Shown: piece by piece, positions 1 to 13,200 of the stretch
Position numbering within the stretch: position 1 is the first letter of the stretch
How the letters are laid out: the number at the start of each line of letters is the position of its first letter
DNA from: Lama guanicoe
Taxonomy: Eukaryota
Direction: 5' to 3'
DNA length: 64,000 nucleotides
Assembly (NCBI GenBank): GCA_013239625.1
Contig: MU055008.1
Coordinates: forward strand, 5,517,401 to 5,581,400
The notes under the pieces: generated by a model
Told to the model about the DNA's origin: nothing
Databases searched by the model: none
Seen by the model: only the letters and a program-made list of their open reading frames with translations
Program-made: the position numbers and the translations under genes

Positions 1-3000
1 CACTGGAAAATCTGAAGCTCCAGGAAAGGGTGTGGGACAGCCGGCATCCTCAGAGGAATCCGGGAGACTCCTGGGGTGTACGTAAAGGTGGCCTCTTGTC
101 ATGGGAAGAAGGCTGAATTTGGAGTCAAATGCCTTGGGTGAAAATACAACTTCTAGAGGGTCACATGAACTCTGAGGGGCCAGCGGCTCACTTGGAACAT
201 GTGAGGGCTGGATATATGGCCCCAGAACGCTATTCATTCTAAAGACTCTGATGAGAATATGGAAGCAAAGTTACCAATATCAACACCTTCATTTTCAAAC
301 GTTCTTCATTTTCATTGACAGGGTAGAGTCCATTGGAAAAAAAGCGTAAGTTTTGGAGTTGGAAGAACCAAATTCTAGTCTGAATTTGACTACTGGCCAT
401 TCTTGGTGGCCTTGCACACACAACTTCACCTCTCCAGACCTTGGTTTCCTTACAGATACAAGGAGGCTCATGATGTCAGTGTTCTGCCAGTCTAACAAAG
501 TAGGTAAGAGCTAGTGAGCTCATGCACGTGAATGTATTTTGAGAAGTAAAATAAATATGTAAATATAAGGCTTGTTGTGGTGCTGGTGATGATGGTGGTG
601 TTGATGGTGGTGGTGGTGAAGCTCTTGTGGACCAGGGAATGACTGGTCTACTGGTAATTAGTCTGTAAGCAATGGCTGTGTTACCTTATTCTACAGGAGA
701 ACCCCTCTGCATAACAGTTGACGACCTGTGCTCTGAATCAAATCCATGAGACTCAAGTTGCACACATAGATGAAACAGTCACTTTTAGTTTCTGTTACCT
801 TAGACATCATATGATTCATTCAAATGTTTTTACAAATATTTATTACTTATATTACTTACATACTTGTCATTGCTTCAAAAAGAGTAAGATCTTGCCTAGG
901 TGACTGGTTAATCTAGAGACATTGTGATTAGTCCAATTTCCACAAGTGGCTTTCAGTAGGCAAAGAGAAAAATTATATTTTATACCAACTTCTGTGAAGT
1001 TTCTCTAGTTTGGATTTTGTCGATGTCCCCTGCACTACAAATAATTTTCCCCCATCTGGGCCACAACCAGCCTTTTTTTTTTTTTTCATATTTTCCACAT
1101 CATCATCTCACGGGTTCTCCAGCAAAAGTCTTGGTTTGTTTACATCGTTAGGGGTGGGCTCCATTCCTGTGTTTGAGATGCCTACAGGGCAGGATAAAAC
1201 AGTAGACACAAAGATGGACAAAAATGTAATCCGGAGCGAGTAAGAATACAGAATGCACTGAAATGGGAGCCAAAGGTCAGAACTGAAGTGAATTTGAAGG
1301 CAGACTCCTCCCCTGCCTTCACTCAGCGCCCCCTAAGTTGCATGTGGGACTCCATCTGGCTCTGAGACAGCTGAAACTGCTCCCAGCCCAAGGGCTGAAA
1401 TGAAAGACCTAGGTTAATCCGGTCAGTGAGTTCCTCTACAGCTTCACTGACTGGGTCCCGGCTGGACCCATGACGTCAGTAAGCCCAGCCCTCCGAATGG
1501 CGGGCAGGACTTCAGCGGGGATGCTGGGACGCAGAAGCCCTCTCTCGCGCTGGAGGGTGTTCGAAGGAGATCTGAGTGTGAAATTGCTGGAGCCCTTTTG
1601 TCACCATCAGAAAAGCCAATCTGAGGGCAAAAGCTAACACAGAGAGGAGAACGGAGGAAAGCACAGCGGCTAGAGTCCTGATCAAAGTGTGCCCAAGGCC
1701 TTAATTTCCCAGTGGACTGTTTTAGTCCATGAGCCAATCACTTTCCTTTATTAAGTCCATGCAGGTAAGCTTTCTGTCCCCCTCAGTCAAAAGTGTCCTC
1801 AGTGATACCACTGGAGAAGTAATTTCCTGAAGGACCGGGGCCTTGAAGTAGAATTTGATAAAAGTGATGTGATATGGTGAGGTGGGACCATTTCTTTCAC
1901 CAAGATTTTTATATTTCAGGATTTTGTGTTTATAGGGAAAACACAGATTCAGTGTTACTTCTTGTGTCAGCTCAATGGCCACTTGTAAGATTTCTCATTA
2001 TTTGATCTCTTGAATTGCATTCAGTGACATTTTATTCCACTTAATCCCCAACCGCTGAATCTTATCATGGAATCCCCTAGGAGGGCCTGTCATGTTAGCC
2101 ATGAGGTCACGACTGGCTCCAAATGTGTTTCCTAAGGAGCAAAAGCCACAGTCCTCCCGTTGACACCCAGACACAGCACATTACATGGGATCCAAGGACA
2201 TTTTCCCCGGCACCTCACTGTTGCCTGAGCCAACTTCACCCACATCCTGGGGAGCTGGTCTGAGAGGTTCCCCGGGAGATGTGTTTTTGGACGGGAACTA
2301 GGTCTCCACAGGCTCCATTTTAAGCAAGACTGGTGGGAAACAGCTTCAAGTATTATGGACATTTTGTTCAAAACCCCTTAGATTTAAAATGTTCAGGCTC
2401 AGAACAAGTAATCGCTGTCTTGGCAAAGCCTGCGTAGCTGGACTAGTAGGGAAGGTGCCGGCAACACAGCGTAAGTGTTCAGTTCAGCGGGTGGGGAAGA
2501 CGTTCGCATGTTTCACCAACCCTGGTGGAGACAGGAACGGAGCAAACTGATTCCCAACATTCTAGACACTTTTTCCTTCTTTGTCCCGTAGTAAGTTTCC
2601 CTCCAGTTTAGCAAAGGTCAGATGAAGGCCTTCCTCTGAAATGGAAATTATTTAAAGTGTACAAGGGAACTGTTTAGCCGTCTCCAGGAATGGCTTCCTC
2701 TGGGATTTGTGATTGTGGTACCCGGGTTTGTAACAAATCAAATCAAGTTCCCCAGAGCTTTCCTGGGTAATTGGAACGCATCTATTCTAAATAAAAGTCT
2801 AATCAGCTCAGCTGCATTATGATTTGTCTGATGTGATAGAATGATCACAAGATTTTTAAAAAGGACTTTAAAAAAGAATTTAGAGGCTAAGCATTTGTTA
2901 GTATGTACCCAGCTCTTCCTAGAGTGGCAGGTGGCTCTGATTCTCAGAACTGATGCTGATTGTTTGTCTAGATTTTCACCAGAGCAGATGAACGTCAACT

Positions 3001-3046
3001 CACCCTTCAATCAAAAAGTTCTTCTTTTGGCAAAATTGAAACCAAC

Positions 3047-3183
3047 NNNNNNNNNNNNNNNNNNNNNNNNNNNNNNNNNNNNNNNNNNNNNNNNNNNNNN
3101 NNNNNNNNNNNNNNNNNNNNNNNNNNNNNNNNNNNNNNNNNNNNNNNNNNNNNNNNNNNNNNNNNNNNNNNNNNNNNNNNNNN
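3047..3183. other. Assembly gap (N run); others at 56919-57103, 62742-63008 and 63786-63927
   Basis: Runs of N. Confidence 1.
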
Positions 3184-5353
3184 NGGGAAGGCAAGTGAGG
3201 TGGCTCACAGAATCACAAGGACAGCAGCTTATCCCGGGCTCAGGAGGGACAGAAGCCCTCACTCAGGGGCCCCAGCTGGAAAGCCTTCTCTCTAGGGTCC
3301 TCCCAGAAGATGGCTTAGCTCCCATGTGTTCTCTTTGTGCCTGTGCTCAAGTCAAATGTCAGAGGACAGCACAGCCCTGGATGGGATAGAGCAGGTGTCC
3401 CCCCACCCCCAACCCCGGACCAGTCACAGAGGGTGGGCCCAGGGAGTGGTGAGCTCTGATTGGCTGAGGTTGGATCATGTGCTCCCTCATGTGACCTGAG
3501 GGCACGAAGTCTGTGAAGACAATGCCCTTAAAAGGAACCATTGCTCAGACATCACCCTCTGTGAAGCTTTTTTGACCTCAAAGGCAGACCTGCTTTCTCC
3601 TCTTAGGGCTACTGTAGCACTTGGTAAACACTTGGATGGATCAAAGAGAAAATTTTATTTAACAGAATTTCTCCAAGGATGGGAACTGCATTTGTTACCA
3701 AGTATTTCGTACAGGAAGCCAGACCCCCAAGGGCTCCAGAGTGTGGTGGAACTATTCTACAGGAGTTCAGAAGAATTTGCTTCTCAAGAGAGGTAGCAGG
3801 GAGGAAAAGACGGAGGAGGGACTTAGGGATGTGGGAGGGTGGCGGACCACACTGAGGAATGTCTTTGCAATGACCTGCCCACCACCGCTCCCACCAGCCC
3901 TGGTCTACAATGTTATAAAACTCACGAAACAAACGCTTGAAGGAGAGGTCTGCGAGACAGCAAAGGCCTCAGTGATGTGTCTAGGCTGAGGCAGGTAGAG
4001 TTGAAGCAGCAGGCAGACACGGGATGCTGGGGACGGAAGAGCGCTGGGCTAGTTTCAGTTTAGTTTTAGTTTAGTTTCAGCTAAACTATCAAGAAGCAGC
4101 AAAAGTCATGGGAAAGCTGGTACCAGATTTAACCAAATCCCCGTACACTGGGTGTGGGGAAGAGGGAGGGTGCAGTGAGTGCTTGCAGGAGGCACCTGAA
4201 ACCTCGATCCATCTGTCAGAGCACTTATCATATAATGCTTACCATGCAACACCACAAATACTAGCCTGCAGTCTCTGTCCCCCACTGACCCATGAGAATA
4301 TGATTTTAAGAATAAGGACAAGATCTTATTAGTTTCGACACCACTCTTTGCAAAACACACAGGAAGTATTTTCTGAATGAGTGAATGATGTGTACATAGT
4401 GTGTCGACTTATTCACAAAGGATGCTATTCTATTTGGGGCAGTAGGTACCAACAATTTTGTCTAGGCACTTCCTTCTAGTGGAAATGTCCTGTCCCCAGA
4501 CAAGATATAATGATCATGGATTTTGCACAGAGATGGGTTGCCCTTAAGGTACACTTCCAACAAACAGAGAGAGCTGGCTTATTATTGGTTATAATCTCTA
4601 TGTTTACACAGTACCTTTCTCTTTCTATCTCGTTTCAGTCCTTATAACAGCCATGGGAGGTGGGTAAGCTCAGACATCCTCTCCTCCAGAAAGCCTGCTC
4701 CTCGTGCCTAATATCCTACAGATGTGCTAAAAACAAAACAAAACAAAACAAAAACCCAGTCATATAGATTTAAAAATAGCAACTACAATAAAAGGACTTG
4801 GTGTGTCCTAGGCACCAAGTGTTCTGCACGTATTATTCACTTGCCTGTTACCCATTCTCTGCATCCCCAGGTCCTGTGCTAACACCCGCAAACAAAGCTG
4901 GAAACCAACCACGCACTCATTTAAACAGGAAGTTCCGTATAAAGAATTATTAAATGATGACAGGGAAGAAACTATAAAGATGCAAAGAGAATTTTAAAGT
5001 ATATCCTAGAGCTGAGGGAGGGCACCCAGGAAAGGGCAGCCTTGGAAGGGGACCCCTCCCCAAGGCTGGGGTGCAGACCGCTTCGGAGAAGATGTGGTTA
5101 TAGCCACTGGGTGATGGAGAAGTTCACAGGCTGGCCTGGGCCACAGTCTTTGGACAGCAGTTAACAAGTTTGCTGGCACAGGAGAGACAGGGCTGGAGGG
5201 AGGGTGCAGAGAGAAAATCCTGCTTACTGGAGAGGTGGCACACAGTTTGGTGTGTACCGCGCCCACCATGGGAAGGCTGCAGAAAACAGCTGTCCAGGAC
5301 AGAGGCCAGCAGGGGCTAGAGGACGGCTAGGAGGCAGGCTGGGGCACCAGTAG

Positions 5354-5540
5354 TGTGCTATGGGCTGAAAGTTTGTCTCCCCACCCCCACCCCAAATTCA
5401 TATGTTTTAGCCCTCTTCCCCAGTGTGATGGTATTAGGAAGTGGGGCCTTTGGAAAGTGATCGGGTTTCGATGAGGTCATGCGGGTGGAGCCCCACATTG
5501 GGATTAGCGTCCTTATAGGAAGAAAGACAGGCTCTGTGCT
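5354..5540 (+). mobile_element. MaLR LTR (MLT1A-like), 5' part
   Basis: tgctatgggctgaaagtttgtctccc...aaattcatatg...gggattagcgtccttatagg, the typical MLT1 5' half. Confidence 0.75.
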
Positions 5541-7128
5541 CATTGTAAGAGAGAGATTCGGGAGAATGTGTTAGAAGAGGACTGAAAAATTGATCAATAA
5601 AACTCAAGTCAGAGCAGAAAAAGAAATTTATGTGTCCTCTACCTTCAGCATTAGGGACACAACTCAACACACTGGAAATTTTAACGACGTGAAACCAACC
5701 AGCAGGATTATGTTAATGAGCCTCCAGCAGAAGTCGTATGTGTCAAATTGAACCACATCACTTCCAGGACAGGGACTTCTGCGTGGCTTTCACGTGGGCA
5801 CACATCCTGAAGTTCCGCAGGGGTATTATTGCTGTAATTATTATTTGCCAGAGAGACACTAAGCTGTCTGTGCCCCAAGTCATGCTCCTCCTATCTTGTT
5901 TGAAACCCTGATTTCCCCGTGCCTTCTGCCCCTAGGCTGCCCCTAAGGCCCAGACAAGCCCTTTCACACTGGTGCCTCTTTGTTAGCAGGAGGTGCAGAG
6001 GGGAGCCTCTCCAGGCCGGGCCCTTGATCCCACACCCACTGCCTTGCAAACTTACTTAGCAGGGAGTTACACTGGGAAGTTTAATCAGCAGAAAACAAGT
6101 GGGGGTCCCAGCTGGAGCCCAGGCTGTGTCCCCTGCTGGGGTCGGATGTATCTGAACAAGTGTCAGGGAGGCTTTTTGCAAGAAGGGGAGAGGGTATGCT
6201 CCTCCTGGGGAAAAGAGAGAAGCAGGGAAGTAAGTTTGGGCCCCTCTCAGGTCCTGAGTGCCCAGACGTCCTAGGAAGAATCCTGAGATTTGCGGGGGGG
6301 GCTGCTTACGTCACAAGCACACCCTGAGCCACGTAATGGGCTGGGGTGGCGGGGGGGTGGTCGTGCTGATTGGCTTAGTTCTGGAGCTGGACCTGACAGG
6401 GCTTCCTCCCAAAGAACCTGAGCTTCCTGGGAGACAGGTGATCACCAAGGGAACTCAGGGCCCTGTTGGGAAGGGGGCGGGGAAATGGAAGCGAGGGAGG
6501 CAACCACGTGTCCACTAACAGTGGGACAGGAAGGGAAGAAAACTAAGAGTTAACGAACACTACCGATGCTGGCTGCTTTGATGTATGGTCAGAGGAGATC
6601 CCCTTATAAAAATGCCGCAAGGCGGGTGCTATAACTGAGGCCCAGAGAGTCTGAGACACCTGTATGTTGTCAAACAGCAGGGCAAGAGGCTCAAAGCTAG
6701 GTCCATGTGATGGTTCTATGAATTCTTTGTCCAAAATACACCTTTATTTTCATTCACAGTGAGGAGTGGGAAGGCTGCCGGCTCCCGCTAGGTTCATTTC
6801 TCTCTCATGCCACGTGCGCACAGCGGGTGGGCTGGGGTCCGCTCTGTGTCGCCCTCTCCTCGCTCTGAGACCCAGAGTTCCCGAGCAGCGGCTCTCTGAA
6901 ACATCTCTGCTCTCCGTGCTGAAGGGAAGTGCTCCAGGGAGTCCCACCTGGACGATTAAATGTTTCAGCCTGGAAGAGACATGCGTCACACCCAACTGCC
7001 GCTCACTGGCTAGATTAGCCCCATGGTTCTCCCAACCACAAGGGGGCAGGGAAGCCCAGGGCCAAAAATCTGGGCAGAGGACCAGTGGCTACCACAGAGT
7101 CCAACACGATCTGGGGATTCTCAAACCA

Positions 7129-7494
7129 TGTGCTATGGACTGAATCTTTGTGTCCCCCACAAAACTCCTATGAGAAAGGCTAACCTCTGATGCCTGGTGT
7201 TAGGAGGTGGGGCATTTGTGGGGGTGATGACATCATGAGGGTGGGGCCCCATGATGGGATTGGTGCCCTTTGAGAGAAGACATGGGCGCTTGCCTCCTCC
7301 AGTCTCTGCCCAGCCCACATGAGGACACACCGGGTAGACGGCTGTCTGAAAACCAGGGCTGAGCCCTCACCAGACGCTGGATCTGCCCACACATGATCTT
7401 GGACTCTCCGCCCCCAGAGCCGTGAGAGCTGAGCACTCGCTGTTTAAGCCGGGTCTGTGGTAACTTGTTACAGCAGCCCAGCGGGACTGAGACG
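7129..7494 (+). mobile_element. MaLR solo LTR (MLT1A-like)
   Basis: tgtgctatggactgaat...tgttacagcagccc...gactgagac, with both termini present. Confidence 0.85.
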
Positions 7495-7726
7495 CCTTGT
7501 TGCCTGGATTCCTCAAGTCTCCACAGGAGCAGGGAGAAGCCAGCCCCGTCCCCTACTTTCTACCCCTTTTCATTTCTATAGAACTCAAACCTTTCTCCAT
7601 TAAAATCTCTACCTATGTGTACATGAGGGAAAAAAAATTGTTCTGTTCCTTTCAAAACTAACTCTGAGGTCCCTGCCAGCTCTGCACCCCCAGGCCCCCA
7701 GGCCCTGAGGAGGCCTTGTTCTCAGA

Positions 7727-7890
7727 CAGGGGGTTTCAACTTGGCCTCACTTTAGAATCACATGAAAGATTGCAAATATTGTGGTGATGTCTAGGCCTCA
7801 GCCAAGACCATTTCAAAGCTCGGAGACCAGAAAGAAGCAAAGCTCCTCCCAGGGTTCCTGGATGCACCCGGCTTGAGGATCGCTGTTCCA
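7727..7890. mobile_element. MER5-like hAT-Charlie element (others at about 16590-16730, 20440-20595 and 23610-23760)
   Basis: ttcaacttggcctcactttagaatcac...aagctcctcccagggttcctggatgcac...ttgaggatcgctg. Confidence 0.6.
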
Positions 7891-8543
7891 GGCAGGGTGT
7901 GGGAGCAGCTTCAGGCCCTGTGTGCTGGCCCGTGTCTCGCAGGGGAAGGCTGGAGGGGAAGCCCGATGCGAGATTGACCTCAGCCTCATGCCTAATGCGC
8001 CTAACATTTCCTGCACAACCACGTTTGTGGACTAAGACTCAAACTCACACACGTGCACACACATCTATTTATACGCGGGACAACTCCTTTCGTTCATGGG
8101 ATTTTTTTCTTTGGACGGGGTGCGTTGGCGGTGGGTGAAACCACTCTCCAAGTGTTCCCTTTCTTTGTGGCACAAGCATGATTTGCGCCAGGTACACAGA
8201 CAGAACCAGAGCAACACTTACACACTGAGCTAAGGCCTCTGCCACTGTCTGTCTTTGAACTGAACAAACCTGATCCCCTAGTCATGCAAAATTAATTTCA
8301 GTGAATTGACATGTTACACTGTTCTACCTTAGGATATCCGTTCCCCGGGCAGCAGAGAAGAAAGAAGTACAGAAGCGTTTTCTAGAAAAGCAGATAGTAG
8401 TTACTCTCAGGGCCAAGGGAGAAGGTTGTGACTGGGGAGGGGTGTGTGGGGTGGGGGGCGCTTTAGGAATAGCAAGCTTCTAGCTCCTGTCCTGGGAGGC
8501 AGTTACAGTGTTGCCTCTAAGTCCTCATGGAGACATATCCGTA

Positions 8544-8557
8544 CTGCCCCCTGGTGG
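8544..8557 (-). promoter_or_regulatory. CTCF-type motif
   Basis: Reverse strand CCACCAGGGGGCAG; motif match only. Confidence 0.55.
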
Positions 8558-9425
8558 TTCTTCAGCCACCCTGCAAAATCTCCAAAGTAGGAGGTGATCC
8601 AAAGTGAAGCTTTGTTCTTCCTCCTAGGCCCTCAGTATCTCCCAGTGGAACCCATAGCTAAGGAGGGTGTAGCATCAGAGGAAGCAGCAAAGGGAAGGGT
8701 TCTCCGAGTTTCTCCGGCCGTCCATGGTTCAATGCTTTGCTTGAGTCCGGGCTCTGAGAACGGCGCTTGGAGAACACACGCTTCGTGTTAACGTCACTAT
8801 ACTGGGTTAGTCGTACTGCCTGGCGTTGCTGCAACTGGAATCCCCTTGGGGATTCCCTTTGTGGGAAGAAAATCCTCATCCATTCAATAGTCAAGTAAGG
8901 GACATAATAAATCATTTTGTCCACCTCTTCATTTGAGGGAATCCATCATACTCACTTAAGAAACATCTTTAGCTCTAAGGAGACAAGAAAATACAAACAA
9001 AGGAAGTTGAAGAGGCTGCCAGAGTTTGAAGCAAACTAGCATTTCGCCTTGAATATATAAAATTAAAGTCCTTTGCAGATGGGGTATTAAATTAGTTCAA
9101 GAATTGGCAGCTCCAGTGAAAGATGGGTGTGCAGGCCAGCTTTCCTTTGCTGTTGGCCATACCCTCTTCGTGCCACCTGGAAAAAGCACTCTTGATTATG
9201 AAAGTGGGCAGACAGCGGGCACGAAGTCCGTGCACTCACAGACAGAAACCACACGCATGCCCAGGTCTGTCCGGACGTGTCAGGACTGTCCCCTTGGCGC
9301 CTGGCACAGTGCCTGGCACACAGCAGGTGCTCAAAATGGATGAATAAATACAAATGTTACTCTCCATCTTCATGAACCAAGTGGAAACGAGTCAGGAACT
9401 CGGTTCATCACTGTTAAAAGGTTGC

Positions 9426-9806
9426 TGTCAGGGGCTGAATTGTGTCTCCCCCAAATCACAGGTCGAAGCCCTAAGCCCTAGTACCTCAGAATGTGACTGT
9501 CTTTGGAGATAGGGTCTTTAAAGAGGTGATTAAGGTAAAACAAGGGCGTGTGACGGGGCCTTAAGCCCATAGGACCGGTGTACTTATAAGAAGAGGACTT
9601 TAGGACAGAGACACGTGGGCACACAGAGGAAAGGCCAAGTAGGGACATGGCGGGAAGGCAGCATCTGCAAGCCAAGCAGAAAGGTCTCGTGAGAAACTAG
9701 AACTGCTGACACCTTGATCTTAGATGTCTAGACTCCAGAACTGTGAAAAAAAGAAATGTCTGCTGTTTGTGGAATTTTGTTATGGCAGCCTTAGCAAACT
9801 AATATA
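9426..9806 (+). mobile_element. MaLR solo LTR (MLT1B/C-like), about 260 bp upstream of the FAM243A ATG
   Basis: gggctgaattgtgtctcccc...tttggagatagggtctttaaagaggtgattaag...tttgttatggcagccttagcaaactaata. Confidence 0.85.
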
Positions 9807-10056
9807 ACTGCCAATCTCTCTCCAGACTTACTGCAGATGCGATGTCAAAGCAATGTTTTGTATGGCCTGTAGTTCCCAATACCACGTCATAGAAGCCAGA
9901 AGAGAATTGTTCTGAATATGCGTTCCATGACGCTTTGAAATCCAAAGCGTATCTATGGGACTGGCCCTGCGGTAAGAAAGCCCTTTATGAGGTCATCATC
10001 CCATTCCTGCTAGATCTCTGCAGAGGATAGACACCCAAGCTTTCAAAAACACTTGA

Positions 10057-10821
<765 letters not shown>

Positions 10822-11742
10822 GGGTGATTCCACCAACAGGCAGTAGGACTGTGATACAGGCACGATCTTTACCAACTCTCTTGGCTCTGGACCACTGCAG
10901 CCAAACACACTCCAACAACGATTTCACGGGGATGCTGAAGACTGAGGTTCCTGAGAGCATTGGCCAAGAGCTTTAGGTTTGCTGGAGGTTTCATTAAAGC
11001 TTGTTGGCAAATTAAGGATCTGGACTCCCATCTTGTTGAGGCCATTCTGAGGGCTATTGTGTCAGTGGGAGGATTAGAGTTAACCCAGCTCAAAGGAGGC
11101 TGGCAGGGAGCAGACGTGAACAGAGCCAAAGACTGCGTGGTCAAAATTTAGGTCTGAGAGAAAAAGAGAATCAAGTGTGTGGTCACAAAGAGTGGAAATT
11201 GTGTAGTGTGCCAACCGGTTTCAGTCCACCAGAACAGTCCACAGGGAGCCATCTTCCCAGCAGCAGATGTGGTCCAGATGGTGGCTGAACAGGATGTTCC
11301 CTTCCTGTTTCCTGAAAGCAAGGAGGCAGAGGCTGAGCAGGAGACAGCCAAAAAGGTGAAACCCCATCCAGAGCCTCCAAGGCAAGGGGGTGGTCCCCAT
11401 AATGAACCTGGAAAGCTCTGGCAGTGTTTGGCTCAAGTGGGACTTGGCAGGTGAGCAGATGACAAACTGAGGCGAGGGGGTCTACAGACCCACTTATCCA
11501 ACCTGTCTCCCACCCCAACTTCAAGAATCCCAACAGGAGGCCATCAGACCGTCACGCAGCTGCTTCTCAGGGCTGAGCCGCCCGCGGCTGGTACAGCAGC
11601 ACGCTAACCAAGTCTGGGGGTGCTGATGGCGGTTGCAAGGGTCTGTGGTGGTATTTTTCACTTCTACAGAGAAAGGCCTGCCTCCTATTAAACGTAGCAC
11701 AAAATTCACTCTTGCTTATGTATGTTCAGGCAGTAAGTTTAC

Positions 11743-11748
11743 AATAAA
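11743..11748 (+). terminator. Candidate poly(A) signal (AATAAA) for FAM243A
   Basis: First canonical AATAAA I found after the stop, followed by T/GT-rich sequence. An ATTAAA at 10993 is an alternative. Confidence 0.45.
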
Positions 11749-12088
11749 AGTATTACTGTATTATTCTGGGGTGTGTCAAAAAAAAATCTGAAAATTGCTA
11801 CCCAATTCCTAACAGACTGGCCTCTGTATCAGATTGTGAGGTCAGGTTCCTGCTGGCCCAGCACGGAAACATCAGATTCTTTGCTTGTCTTCCTGCCAGA
11901 CTTCCCTCCTGAAACTCCCTGGATTATTTAGAAATGCTTTGTCAGAAAATGGATGTTCAGTGCTTTTCAGTGGACTTCTGCAGCATTTCTGTTACCATGC
12001 ATTTTATCTGGGGATAAATTGCACCTACCACCGCCAGCCCCTTGGAACCAGACAGCCTCAGCTGTACCTCCCACTTTATAGCAAATGG

Positions 12089-12572
12089 TGCAGTATGAGT
12101 TTCTGGTGGCTGCTGTAACAAATTACCACACGCTTGGTGGATTAAACCAACAGAAACTTATTCTCTCTGGGTTCTGGAGGCCTGAAATCTGAAATTAGTT
12201 CCACTGAATCAAAATTAAGGTGTCAGCAGGGCCACGCTCCCTCCAGAGGCTCTGATGAGAATCCATTCCTGGTCTCTTCTGGCTTCTGGCGTCTGCCGGC
12301 ATTCCTTGGCTTGTGGCCACATCACTCCAATCTCTGCTTCTGTGGCCACATTACTTTCTCCTCTTCTGTGTCAAATCTCCCTCTGTCTCCCTTGGAAGAG
12401 ACACTTGTGATGGCATTTAGGGCCCATCCAGATAGTCCAGAATCATCTCACCATCTCAAAATCCTTAACTTCATCACATATGCAAAGATTCTTTGTCCAT
12501 ACAGGGCAGCAGTCACAGGTTCCAGTCCTTAGGACCTGGATGCCTCTGGGGACCACCATTCAGTTGAGCACA
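12089..12572 (-). mobile_element. MaLR solo LTR (MLT1C/D-like)
   Basis: ggctgctgtaacaaattaccac...ttctggaggcctgaaatctgaaatt...atccttaacttcatcacatatgcaaag, the reverse-strand MLT1 pattern. Confidence 0.85.
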
Positions 12573-12884
12573 GGTGCCAAAGGAGGTTTTCTTCTGCCAG
12601 CTGAAACGCCGCATCTCCGGCCGGTAGTCACCCTGGTGGGATTGCTCTCGCTGCACGCTCCTTTAGTGTGGTTGTTTGTATTACTTGTGTCATGTATGTT
12701 TTAGAATGTAAGTTCCTTGAGAGGAAGGACTAGTACTCAGACCTCCTTGGCGACTTCAGGGCGCTGGCACTGTGCAGGCCTACATGCAGGTGGCCTGGTT
12801 TGGGGACGTGAGTGTGTTTTGCTCTATGTCACATTTCTCTCACGCCTGCCCAGAGTTCTGTAGTGACCAGCACTAGCAGCCATG

Positions 12885-13200
12885 CCTGCTTACCTCACTG
12901 AATCCTCACAGTGGTCCCCGATGTAGGAACTACCACTGTCTCCAGTTCTCAGATGGGTAAACTGAGGCATGGAGAGATTCCTAACTTGCTCCAGTGCAGA
13001 CGATCTGAGGTTCACACCCAGAGTTCACGGTGAGAGCCATTGTGCACACAGCCTTTCCGCGACTGAGCAGCTTGGTTCAGCCTCACAACGACCCCCTCAG
13101 GTACCTTCTGTCACTTTCCTATTTTACAGAGGAGGAAACTGGGGTGTTGAGAAGTCGCTCAGGCCAGTCAGATGCTGAAGCCTGTGTGCCCAGCCACCAC
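12885..13200. mobile_element. MIR SINE fragments (others at about 21900, 26020, 26990, 29440, 29790, 36880, 40900 and 55990)
   Basis: MIR core cagatgggtaaactgaggc / ttttacagaggaggaaactg. Confidence 0.7.

Noticed and set aside
1-9400. SMIM34 or KCNE1 exons expected on this side by synteny
   Set aside because: No matching coding sequence recognised; they probably lie beyond the window start.
9972-10023. GT-AG mini-intron in the FAM243A 5' region
   Set aside because: 52 nt is below the usual minimum size for mammalian spliceosomal introns.
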